NCBI GenBank assembly: GCA_001724265.1
Contig: MEDY01000166.1
Coordinates: 1 to 58,362, forward strand
DNA: 58,362 bases
Direction: 5' to 3'
Origin: Rhizaria sp. SCN 62-66
Taxonomy: Eukaryota
Part shown: positions 46,496 through 58,196 of the stretch, piece by piece
Numbering within the stretch: position 1 is the first letter of the stretch
How the letters are laid out: each line of letters opens with the position of its first letter
The notes under the pieces: generated by a model
What the model was told of the DNA's origin: nothing
What the model saw: the letters and a program-made list of their open reading frames with translations, nothing else
Databases searched by the model: none
Made by a program: the position numbers and the translations under genes

Positions 46496-49400
46496 TCAGC
46501 CGTAGATGCGGTGGATGTTCTCGAGCGTGAGCTTGCGGCGGCACTTGGGGCACTCCTTGCGCAGCGCCACCGCGCGCCGAATACACGAGTTGCAAAACAA
46601 GTGGCCGCAGCTAGATTGCGCGAGTTGCATGAGTTCAACAGGAGGCACAGGAGGGAAAGGATGTGTGAGCCAGAGAAACTAGAGATATGGGATAAAATAA
46701 TGCAAATATAGACAAGAAAAGCATACAAATAACAAATAAGCAAATCTATCGCACGCATTTTCAACATCACAAAAGAAACAAATGACGATGAATATATCCC
46801 TAGTTGGCAGCGTACCTGGTGGTGCTGATGTCCTCGACGCAGCTCAGACACACGGCGCACTCGAGGCGGCGGCGCATCTGGTCCAGCACCGTCCCGTTGT
46901 CAGCGGGCTCCTCGCCCTCGTCGCCGTCGCCGTTGCTGTTGCTGTTGCTGCTGCTGCTGCCAAGGCCGCTTCCGGCGGCGGCGGCAGCGGCGACGGCGGC
47001 GGCGGCGGCGGCTGCGGCGTTGGCGACATCCGCGCGCACGCCGTTGACAACGATGGGCTGCGCATGCGGCAAAACAACCTCGGACGCCTCCAGCACGTCG
47101 TCATCGTCATCGTCGTCAGCGATGGTGGAGGAAGCGAAGCCGACGGACGGCATGCCGCGCCTGCTCCTCGCAGCAGCAGCAGCGGCAGCGGGGTTCGCCG
47201 GCCGCCGCGCCCCCGGGCCCGCGCCGACCGCGGCGCCAGAGCTGACGCCGAGGCCGGCGCCAAGGCCGGCGCTGGCCGCGTTGCGCCGGCGCGAGGCAGC
47301 CCCCTGCGGCTGCGGCCCCAGCTCCTGGCCCTGCTCCTGGCCCTGGCCGCGGAGGTCCCTGGCGACGAGCGCGCCGCCCTCAGTGAGCGCTAGGGGACCC
47401 GCGTAGTCGAGCGGCAGGCCCAGCGCGTGCATGCGCAGCCGCCGCTCCCCCACGCTCTCGCCAGCGAGGCCGCTGGCGTCGAGGGCGCCGGCCACGAGGC
47501 GCGGGGCCTGCCGGGGCGGCAGCAACTGTGATTGGAGCTGTGGGTGGGACTGGGAAGAGAGCTGCTGCGCTGCAAGCGCGCGCTGCACCGACTGGTACAC
47601 GCTCAGGGGCGACGCGAGGCCGGGGCCGCTGCCGCCGCCGCCGCTGCTGCTGCTGCTGCTGTTGCTGTTGTTATTGTTATTGTCGCCCCCAGCAGCAGCA
47701 GCAGCAGCAGCTGTCGTCTGAGCATTCGCGTCAACGCTACTGCTGTTGCTGTTGCTGCTGCTGCTGCGGCCGTGCTCAGCAAGCGACGCGATCAGCATCG
47801 CGCGCGTCGCTGCAGCCGCCGCCGCCGCCTCAGCCTCGGCCGCCGCGGCCGCATCTGTCCCAGCGCCCGCGCCCGCGCCCGCGCCCGCGTTGGCGCCCCC
47901 GGAAGCGCGAGCTGTGCTGGCGGGCAGGTCTGGCATAAGGCGCCACTCAGGCTCGCCGGGCCGCCGGCCAAAGTAGCCCGCCGGGAGCGGCCGCGGGGAC
48001 GGCCCCTGCTGCGGGGCAGCTAAGCCGTCCGCACCGACCGCGTCCGCAGCACCTGCCGCGTCTGCCTCGCCGTCGCCGTCGCCGCCGTCGTCGCCGCCGT
48101 CGTCGCCGTCATCGTCGTCCGAGTCGTCGACCTCGATGGGGCAGTCCGCGCTGGTAACGGGGAAGCGCGCCCGCGAGAGCGTCCTGCGCGCGGTGAGGCG
48201 GCCCGCGTAGTCAGTCAGCGCGGCTTCGAGCCCGCGCACGCGCTGCAGGTACGCGGCGCCGATGGCCTTGAGCGAGTCCAGCGGCAGCTCCGCGCGCAGC
48301 CGCGGCGGCAGGAACAGCGGCAACAGCGACGCCGGCGGCGGCTGCGACGCCTGCGGCAGCGGCGGCGGCGGCGGCGAGGCCAGCAGCGGCAGCGCCGCGC
48401 CGGGCGTCGCCGTCAGCTGCGGCTGCGCCTCGTAATAGGCCAGCAGCGACTCCACCGACTGCGCCGACTGCAGCGACTGCGGAGGCAGCGACGCCTGCAG
48501 CTGCGAGGGGGCGGGGGCGGGGTACATGTGGGGCAGCGTCGAGTAGATGGGCACCAGCAGGTCGCGGCCATGCGGGGGCTGAAAGCCGTGGCCGTGGATG
48601 TGGCCGTGGAGGTGACCGTGAGCGGAAGCAGCAGCCGAGTGAGCGTAATGGTGATGATGATGCTGTAGCTGCTGCTGCTGCAGCTGTTGGCGCTGCTGCT
48701 GCAGCTGCCGCTGGCGGGGCGCCGCGACGACCGTCTCCGTGATCACCAAGTCGTCGTCGTCGTCGTCGTCGCCGGTGAAAGTCGCACGCGCGTGGACGGG
48801 CGGAGCGTCGGCCGGGACCGGGCCGGCGGCAGGGCGGGCGTCGTCGTCGGTGCTAGATGAGGAAACGTTGTCCCCCGTTGGCTTATCCGAGCCCTGACGC
48901 TGCTGCTGCTGCTGCTGCTGCCTGTCGTAGTGCTGCTGCCGCAGCTGCAGCGCGCGCGCCACAGCATCGCCGAAGGGGACCCCGGTCCCGGCCCCAGCGC
49001 CAGCAGCGGCGTCTGATTCCGAGTCCGCCTCCGCCTCCGCGGCGGCGGCGGCGGCGGCCGCGGTGCGCTGCCCTCGCTGTCGCTGCTGCTCGAGCATGAG
49101 CTGCCGCCGCTGCCGCTGCAGCTCCTGCTGCTGCTGCTGCTCCAGCTAGCGCTCGCGCTCGCGGACCTCGGCGGGGGCGTCTTCCAGCTGCGGCGGCCCC
49201 TCGTCGTCGAGATTGTCGTCAAGGTCACCGCCGGCATTGTCGGTGTCGTAGCCGTCGTCACTGCTCCCATTCGCAGCAGGGGCGGCGGCGGCGCTGGCGG
49301 CACCAGGCTCGGCCGCAACACCCGCACCCGCACCCGCACTCACACCCGCAGCGGCAGCGGCAGTGGCAGCGGCAGCGGCAGCGGCAGCGGCGGCTGTGAG

Positions 49401-49733
49401 AGCCTGAGCGTTTGAATCGCTCCGGGCTGCGTCGCTTGCGGCGCCATGAGGCATTGTCGCCGCACCTGCGACACTCGCATCGGCAGACGCGTCGGCAGAC
49501 GCATTGGCAGCTGCGGAGGCGGCCGCAGAGGCATCTGAGGCTGGGGGCACTGAATCGGCGGCCAAGACCGAGTCCGTCATCAGCACACCTGCCACCGCAC
49601 TCGCGGTCTCAGCAGCGGCGTCAGCAGTGTCAGCGGACGACGGCGGCAGCGGCGGCGGCAGCGGCGGCGAGTTGCAGTTGTGTGCTGCAACAGCCGGGCC
49701 CGGCGCGGGGGCGTCGGCAGAGAGCTCCGACAT
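46496..49733 (-). CDS. C-terminal C3HC4 RING E3 ligase, RNF4/STUbL-like, 1010 aa, 2 exons, one in-frame TAG
   Basis: Exons 49733-46816 (TAG at 49148-49146) and 46610-46496. Intron 46611-46815 (GTACGC...TAG) splits the RING: CAVCLSCVEDISTTS|CGHLFCNSCIRRAVALRKECPKCRRKLTLENIHRIYG, TGA stop. SIM-like hydrophobic/acidic patches DDDDLVITETVV and CPIEVDDSDDD. Confidence 0.82.
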
Positions 49734-50496
49734 GGGTCTGCGCGGGGCGACAAAGGCGGGAAGGGAAACGCGTGCTCCAGTATGCGGTGTCCAAGTGGGG
49801 CCGCGAGGCAGAAAGAGGATAGTGCTGTGGCGAGGTTGGGGCGAGGGGCGGGATGTTTGGTGTTAGGTGGTGGAGGTGAGTTAAAGAAACCAAGAGTATG
49901 ACAGGGATGATCAAGTAATGGCAGTATATAATTTTGATATTATTAGGAGTAACACATATACTTTATGATCATGGACACATCCATTCTAGTGACGATCATT
50001 AGTCCGCGCATCCTGGAGGCAATGTGCTGAAAAGCACAGCGCGCTTTCGGTGTTGTCCAGCTTATCGAATGAAGTCATGGGCACGCACACTGTCCTCAGG
50101 CAAACAGGCTTTAAGCAGAGAGAGCTCAAACGTGCGCGGATAAAAGGAATTCACAACGCGTTGCATGCTGAGGGTCATCATGCTTGACTGTATGTCACTT
50201 TTACGAGACCTGACGTTGCGGTCAGTCTGGGACGGCCCGCGCCACAATTCGCGATCACTCGGCGCATTTGGTTTTTAACATAGTTATCGCAATGAGGACA
50301 TCGTCACCGAAGATATCACTTGTATTTTTTGAGTCACACGTATAATTTATATATTCTCACAAAATAATAACTTGCCAATTGCAGCCCTCGTCTCAGATCT
50401 GACCGCGCGCAGCACCTCTAAACTCTGTGCGCTTCTCAGTGCTCCAAACTGACCAACCCAGCTGCGTGCCTGCTCACAACGTCCGCGCGCTCTGCA

Positions 50497-52324
50497 ATGA
50501 GTGCCCCGCGTTTTGTCGGCGTTGCTACTGGCAGCGCCGGCGCCGCAACCGCCCCGTCCTTCGGTCCCCAGCCCGCCGCGAGCCACAACGCTTGCGCCGT
50601 TGTCAATGCCACCGCTGCCACAGCTGCTGCGACAGTTGCTGCGACAGCGGCGACTGCGAGCGCGACCGGCGCGTTCGCGGCGGTCGAGGTCGACTACCCG
50701 CTGTTCTGCGCGTGGGCGCTGGCGGCCGGCGCCGCGGCCGCGGCCCCGCAGCTGCCGCCCAACTGCCCCGACTACGACTTCGCACCCCTCCTCTCTGCGT
50801 CCGTTTCAGCGGCGCCGCCTGCGCTGCGCGCTCTGCCGCTGCGCGTGTTGGCGGCGCTGCTGGAGCTGCTGTGCTCGCAGTGGGCCGTTGAGGACGCGGC
50901 GCAGCTGGCCAGGCTCTGCGCGCGCAACGCCACGGCGGCCACGCCCCTCGATCGCCGCGCCGGCGCCGTCGCCGCCCTGGCCGGGCTCGTCGCGCGCGCC
51001 CCAGACGCGGCACCCGCGCCCGCGCCTGCGAGTGCGCATGCGTGTGCGAGCGTAAGACAGTACGTGCTGTCGCGCGTGCCGTGTGCTCTGGGCGTGCCGT
51101 CGCTGGCCGCCGCCGTGCAGCCCCGCCTCGCGCGGGCCGCGCACAACCCGTACGGCGCCAACCGCCGTCTCCGTGACGATGATAACGACGACGCTGCTGC
51201 TGGAGACGAGGAGGCTACGGAGCCCTCTGCGATGCAGGACATCATCATCACCGTCCCTCCGACGGCAGCTACAGCAGCCGCAGCAGCTGCGGCAGCGGCG
51301 TCATCAGCGGCATCGCCAGGCGCCCCGGTGTTGAGCGCTCTGGACGGCGCGGGCGCGGACGACGAGGCGCGCGCGCGCGTGCTGCTGCTGTTTGCGGTGC
51401 AGTGCTCGCCCGACTCGGTCTTCGCGGCCGCCCAGCACCACGCGGCCATCAACGCCGTCCGCTACAACACCTACAGCCTTGTGCGCGCGCCCCCGCTTCC
51501 CGGCGGCGGCGGCAGCGGCGCGGCGGTGGCTGCAGTCGGCGGCGGCCACGGGGTGGACCTGTACCTTGAGCCCAACGATGACGCCGGCAATGATGACGAC
51601 GACGACGACGATGATGATGATGGTGGGAATGCACGGTATGGCGGCGGCGACAGCGACGAGGACGAGCGCAGGCTGCGCGCGCGCGTCGCCAAGGCGAAGG
51701 CTAAGAAGGTTAAGAAGGCTCAAGCGAAGAAGGCTGATTCGGCGAAGAAGGCTGTGGCGGAGCGGGGGGGCGTCGCGCGCGTGCGGCGCGGCCCCTTCGG
51801 CACCATCGACGGCGGCGGCTTCGCGCTGGACCAGGACGACGAGGCGGTGGCGCGCGAGAGCCGACTCGTCAACCGGGCCGGCGAGGTCGAGGAGCGCGAT
51901 GAGGAGTACTGCAGCAACGATGACGACAGCGGGCTCAGCGAAGATGACAACGACGATGATAATGATGTTAGCGCCGCTCACGCTGTTGTCCCCGCCCCCG
52001 CTGCGACTGCGCTTATGCCTGCAGCGACTGCGCTGTCCCGCGACGCCCCGCGGCGGCACGGCGCGCGGTGCCCGCTGCGGCGCGGCGGCGATCCCGCGCT
52101 GCGGCTGCAGCTGCAGACGGAGCCCGGCGCGCTGGCTGCGCTCGCGCTCCTCGGCCACTGCCGCTGCGCGCGCCGCGCCGCTCTCCTGCGCGCCGCCGTC
52201 GCCATAGCCGGCAGCGGCGCTAGCAGCACCCATAACAGCAGCAGCAGTAGCGGCGACACCAACGCTGCCATCGCTGCTGCCACGCTCGCCACAATCGCCG
52301 ACAACAACAACGAAAAGAAGAAGT

Positions 52325-52355
<31 letters not shown>

Positions 52356-55300
52356 AGCTGTTGTTGTGAAGCAGCGGCCCCTGCGCGCGATTGGTGCCCG
52401 GCTGCGTGCCGGCCGACGCCTTGCCGCGGCCTGGCTCGCCCTGCTCGCCGCCGCCGTCCCGCGCTGGGCCGCGCTCGACGCTGCCGCTGCGGCTGCCGCT
52501 GCCTCTGTCTCTGCACAGAGCAGCGCGCAGTCGAGTGCGCAGAGCAGTGCGTGGGCGCGGGCGACGGCGCTGACGGCCGCGCACACTCTGCTGGCGCTGG
52601 CGCCGCGGCCGCTTCACGGCGACTGGCTGCCCTTCGCCGCGGATCCGCTCAACGCCGCGCACGCGCCCTGGGCGCTCTGCGCCGCCGCCGAGGTCGACGC
52701 GGCCTCCGTTGCGCTCGCGCCCGCGCAGAGCCCGAGCTCGACCGCGACCGCGCCCGATGATGCGACCGAGGACGTGACGGCGGGGGCGGTGCCGGAGCTG
52801 CTGGCGCGCGTGTGGGGCGGCCTCGCACGCGCGCTGCGACTGCCCTGCTCTCGGCCGCACACAGCAACGATGACAGCGCTCACGTCGGCCGCCACGGCGA
52901 CGACTGCGCGGCCAGTGCGCGTCCCTGCGCGCGTCTCCGCGCGCGTCGCAGTGGCCGCCTTCCTGTTCCCCCACCTGGCCGTCGCGGTGCGGCCCTTCCT
53001 GCGCGCGCGCCGGCTGCAGACGCACGCGCACGCCGCCGCATTCGACCTCGAGGACAACGCCGCGCCCGCGCGCAAGCTACTGCAGCAACAGTCGCAGGCT
53101 GAGCGCGCCACCGCGGCCGCGGAGCGCGCACTGCTTACGGTCACCTCGACGGGCCCCGAGGCGGCCAGCAGCCTCCAGTTCAATGCGCAGGCCTACCGGG
53201 CCATCGCGCGGCGCGCCAACGAGGCCGCCGCCGCTGCTGCTGCGCGTGCTGCTGCCTCCACTGCTGGAGCTGCTGGCAATGCTGATGCTGCTGGTGCTGG
53301 CGCTCGAGAGAGGGCGGCGCGTGGCGCTAAGGGCGTTGCGCAGCCATCTAAGGGGGATGCGCGGGCCACTAAGGGGGTCGACGGAGACCTCGATCTCGAC
53401 TTGCTGTTGCAGCAGGAACAACAACAACAGCAGCAGCAAGAGCATGAGCCAGAGCTCGAGCTGGACACGAGCAACGCCACCAGCGGCAGCAGCGGCCGCC
53501 GCACTGCTCTGACCGCCGCCCCCGTCACTGCCGCCGCCGCTGCTGCTGCTGCTGCTTATGCCCCGGTACCGTCGCTCCTGCCGCTGGTGCCGCGCGGCGG
53601 CCTCCTCCTCAGCGTCCTTCCCGGCGCTGGGGCCAGCGCCGGCGACGGCGTGCAGCTGGCGCTGCGCGGGCTTGCGCCGCTGCTGGCGCAGGCCGTGGCG
53701 CCGCACGCGGCCGCGGACGCCGTGGCACAATCGCTCGCGCACAACGCGCAGCACGCCGCAGGCCCGCGCGCGGCCGATGCGGACCGGCTGCGGCGCGCGC
53801 TCAGGGCCGACGCAGAGGCCGGCGCCGCCGCCGCGCAGCGCACGGCGCGCCGGCTCGCCAGGGCCGCGCGGGCCGCGGCCGAGACCGCTGCTACTGCGGA
53901 GGCTGTGGCTACTGCTGCTGATAAGACGGAGGCACATGGTGTCGACGCTGCCGATTCCAACACGAACAGTGAAAATGCCATTGCAGTTGCATCTGCTGCT
54001 GGTACGACCTCTGGTTTCAGCGCCGCCTCCGAGGCCGAGGCCGCGTACGCGCTCTACAAAGCCTACCTGCCGGCGTACACGGCGCCCTTCACGTCCTTCG
54101 CGCTGGCCGCGCTGGCTGTGCCCGGGCTCTTGACGGCCTCGGGCGCTGCCGCTGTCGAGTCCGCGCCCGACACGGAGCCTACGGTCGCCTCGGCCTCGGG
54201 CGCGGCCGCCGCGGCCGCCGCCGTCGCCGCCGCGGTGGCCGCGACCCTCGGCGGCAGCAGCGTTGTAGACGGTGATGACGACAGCGGCACTCAAGGCAAG
54301 GCGTTTTGGGGTTGTTTCGAGAGCGCCCGCTCGCTCCTGCCCGCTAACGCCAACAACGACTGCAAGGCTCTCTCGGGGCAACAGCAGCAGCAAGACCAAG
54401 CGCAGTCCCGGAATCTCTTGTTCGCGCTGCCGCGCATGGACGCGTCCTGGCTGACCGCGCCGCTGCGCGCGCTGTCGGCCGCGCTCCGCGGGAGTAGCTA
54501 CTCGCCGCACGCGCCGCTGCCCACCGCGCACAACGCGCCTGCGCTCGCACTCGCCTTCACCGGCGGCGGTGGCAGTGCGGACTCCGCGTCTGCGACCTCG
54601 ACGGCGCTCGCGTCTGCGGCCTCTGCCGCGGCGGCAGCGGCGGGCCTGGGCGCGGCGGGCGCGTCATCGCTTGCGCTCGCGCACGAGTCCGTGCAGCCCT
54701 TCTGGCAGGCCTTCCACACGCCCGCGCTCGTCGCCACCGAGGCGCTCACCGCCGCGGCCGCCGCCAGGCACGCCGAGTCTGAGCAAGCCGCTGAGAGCGC
54801 AGAGACTGCAGAGAGCGGTGAGGACACTGCAGTGCGTTTTGTGCGGCGCTCGCAGTGGGCGTGGTGGCGGCTGGTGCCGACGGTGACGCTCGCGGCGCCG
54901 CTGGTGCTGCCGCTGCTGTCGGACCCGCGCGCGCTGCCGCACAAGCTGCGTGGCGTGGCTGCGCTGCCCGCGCTGTTGGCGCTGTACCCCTCGGCCCGCT
55001 TCGCGCGCGCCGGGCTCGACGCCGTGCTGCTCGACGCGCTGGACCGGGCACTGGGCGCGCGCGACGCCACGCCCTTCTACGGCGCGCTGGTGCGCGCGCT
55101 CGTGGCCGGCGTCGAGGCGCTCGCGCCCGCCAGCGACGCGGCCGAGGCCGCCGCCGCGCTCGCGCCCGTTGCCGCCGCCGTCGGCTTCCTCCGGCTTGCA
55201 CATCAGCAGCAACAGCAGCAGCAGCAGACAGGGACCGAGACTGCGGGCCAGCCTGGTCCTGCGGACAGCCTCAGCCTCAGCCTCAGCCACGGCAGCGGTG

Positions 55301-57564
55301 CCAGTGGCGGTGACTCGGCGTGGAGCGCAGCTTGGCGCGACCACGGGCCCGAGCCCGAGCCCGGCGCGCTAGCGCTGCTGCACGGCGCCGGCGGCCACGG
55401 CGGCCGCGCGGCCGCCGAGGACGCGCAGGCCGCGTCGGCCTCGGCAGCCGCGACCGCGCTGAGCGCTGTCGCGAGCGGCGGCGGCGGCGAGCTGGTGCCG
55501 GGCCTCGGCGCGCTGACGCCTGCGCTCTGCGCGCGCGCAGCGGCCCTCGCCCGCGCCCACTTCCGCTCTCCCCCCGTCTAGCAGCAGGCCGGCGCCGCTG
55601 CCACTGAGAGCGGCGCGGTGGCCGCTGCTGCGACAACGGAGCGCGCTGTGGTAGCGCTTGTGTCGGACCCCGCCGCGCTGGCCGACGCGCTCTGCACCGC
55701 GGCCTTCGACCCCGCGGCCGCGCTCGCCAGCATCGCCAAAGATCAGGACAGCGGCAACAGCAACAATAACGCGGTGTCCGTGGCTGCGGCGGCGACCCGC
55801 GCGCGCGCGCTGCGGCGGCGGCTGACGGAGTCGCTGCTGCGCGAGCTGCAGCACAGCGCGCTGGGGGCCGACGGCGCGCCCGACGACAACCTCAACGCGC
55901 TGGGGCTGGGCATCGGGCTCGCGGGCCAGGGCCGCGGGCTCTCGGACCCCGCTGCCGTGGCCTCGGTGCTGCTCGCGCACCTGGCCGCGCTGCGCGGCGC
56001 CGCGGCCGCCGGGCCCGGGGGGTTGCGCGCGTCGCTCGACTCGGGCCACTTCGCGTGCTCGTTATCCCTGCTCCACCCCACCAGCAAGCGCAGCAACGAT
56101 GGCGATAACGGCAACGCCACGTCTGCTGCGGCGGTCGTGGTGCGCGTGCCGCCGCTGCCGACGCGGCTGGAGCACCTGCGCGCGCTGGCGCAGTGCTCGC
56201 CGCTGCTGGTCTCCGCGCTGGAGCCCTCGGAGCGGGCCGCGTACGCGACGCAGCTGCTGCCGCCGCTTCTGCGGCTGGCGACGCACCAGGACTACCTGGT
56301 CCGCGCGCCCGCGCTGCACGGCGCCGCGCTGCTGTGCGCGCTGCTGGGCCCGGCGCTGGCCCCCGCCACAGGCCGCGCCGCGCTCGAGGCGCTGCTGGCG
56401 GCGCTGCTGCGCACCTGTGACGGCGACTGGGTCTCGGGCGTGGCTGCGGCGCGCTACGGCGTGCGCGGCTGGGTCGGCGCCGACGTCGTCGTGCAGCTCG
56501 ACCTCGTCAACAGCGCCATCGCGCGCGCGCAGCGGGGCGAGCGGCACGGCGGCAGCGGCCGCAGCGCTGTCAGGGGCGGCCGTGGCTCTGGCGAGGACGA
56601 CGCTGACGCCGTCGCGGTCCGGGCCGAGGCCCCCGCAGTGGCCGCCCGGTTCGGAGTGCCGCTTTCGGCCCTCGCGGGCGTCAGGCTCACTGGACTCGGC
56701 GCCGACTCCGACTCCGACTCTGAAGCCGAGACTAACACTGACACGGACGCCGAGTCTGTGCGCGCGATCGACGCCGTTCTGGCGCGCGCCGCCGCCGAGA
56801 ACGACTACTTCGTCCCGAACATGAGTGTTAAGACCAGCATTCACGACTCTGTCGCTGTGCCGCCGTCGAATGCGCCGCTGGCGGTGCGCGCTGCGGCGGC
56901 GCGACGCGCGCTGCGGCGGCAGGCCTGGGCGGTGCGCGCGCGCGAGCGGGCCACCGCCGTTGCCAAGGGGCTGGCCGAGGCCTCGCGGGACGACGCGCTG
57001 CTCCGCGCTGATATCCTCTCGCAGCGCGCAGTCGCGCAGCAGCAGGCTCAGCAGCAGCCGTTGCAGGCGCCGTCCGCGGACTCGATCGCGGAACAGCTGC
57101 GGCGGCTCGAGGTCGCGCAGCAGCTGGGCTCCGGCGCGGGCGGCGCGGCGGGCGCGGACGCCGACGAGAAGCGCGTGCTGGCGCTCCTGCAGGACAGTAA
57201 GGAGACGCGCGAGCGCGACGCCGCGGCCGTGCTGGGCGACCTAGAGCTCTCGCCGCAGCGCCGGCGCCTGCTGCTGGCCGTGGTTGCGGCCGAGGTCGAG
57301 GCCACGCGGCTGCTGCTTGCGCGCGCGGTCACGGTGCTGCTGACGCTGTGCGGGCTGGAGCCGGAGCTGCTGCGCGGCATCGCCGACGCGCAGACGCTCG
57401 ACGCGCTGCAGACGCTGCCGGGCGATGTCGGCAACCGCGGTGGGATTCCAGCCAAATCAAAGGGCGCGTTCGTGCTGGGCGAGGTGTCGCGCTTCGTGGA
57501 CACCGTGCTGAGGGCTGTGGACGAGTTTTTTGCCGAAGGGGACGATGATGAGGACAATCTCTAA
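50497..57564 (+). CDS. Large Ala-rich helical (HEAT/ARM-like) protein of unknown function, 2355 aa, one in-frame TAG
   Basis: ORFs 50497-55581 and 55618-57564 are in the same frame with unchanged coding-type composition across TAG 55579-55581 (GTC TAG CAG CAG GCC). HEAT-like segment LLPPLLRLATHQDYLVRAPALHGAALLCALL. TAA stop followed by AT-rich 3' sequence. Confidence 0.75.
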
Positions 57565-58196
57565 GACGGATGCTATGATCGCAGGGTTAATTTATTCTAT
57601 TATGATGCCTTCAGCTGAACTTGTCAGCAGGTGTCAAAAAAATAATAAACAATGTGATAAGACCAGAGCCTAATGTGTACATTGTTTGTAGACTGTCTCG
57701 TCTAACGTTATGAAATGCGTTTTCACTGACACTCTTTCTGTGACGATAACAGATCAGTCCTTGAAAGCAGAGTAAACTCAATCAGTCTTCTACTCAGTAT
57801 CGATCGAGCACCAAGCGATAGGTGCAGCCTCACAACGATAACGCGTGTTTTGAAGGATCACCGGTTCCATCCCACTAAATCCGTCAGAAATACATAATGC
57901 CAGTCTCATATGATATGATTGTAAAAGGCAAAACTACCTCGTTTCACAAATTCTAGGGGCCGCAACTGAGGAACTATTATGAGATCTAGATGAAAAGGTT
58001 GTTGCCGAATATATGACATGCGTTCAATGACACTAACATCAACAGAAGTACCTAAATTTGGAATGTACACGTACTACATGTTATACATCAAGCGTGATTC
58101 TGTGTTGTTGAAAGAAACATGGTATGTATGGAGCTATTACTTGCTAAATTGCGTGCTTACGAGGACGTGTTCGTGAACGGTTTTGGAGTGTTGCAC

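Noticed and set aside
46800-46802. TAG apparently terminating the 765-aa RING ORF
   Set aside because: It lies inside intron 46611-46815. Splicing completes the RING and the gene ends in TGA, so this is not a TAG stop.
56150-56830. Resemblance of the HEAT-like protein to TELO2/TTT-complex subunits (H.D..VR motif; YFVPNMS)
   Set aside because: Similarity is too short and motif order does not match, so it is left unassigned.
39730-57564. Pseudogene, selenocysteine or pyrrolysine explanations for the internal stops
   Set aside because: There are no frameshifts or TAA/TGA interruptions and motifs are intact. The stops are all TAG in non-catalytic linkers; Sec uses TGA and Pyl is not known in eukaryotes. 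Sequencing error cannot be excluded without reads but is unlikely four times with the same codon.
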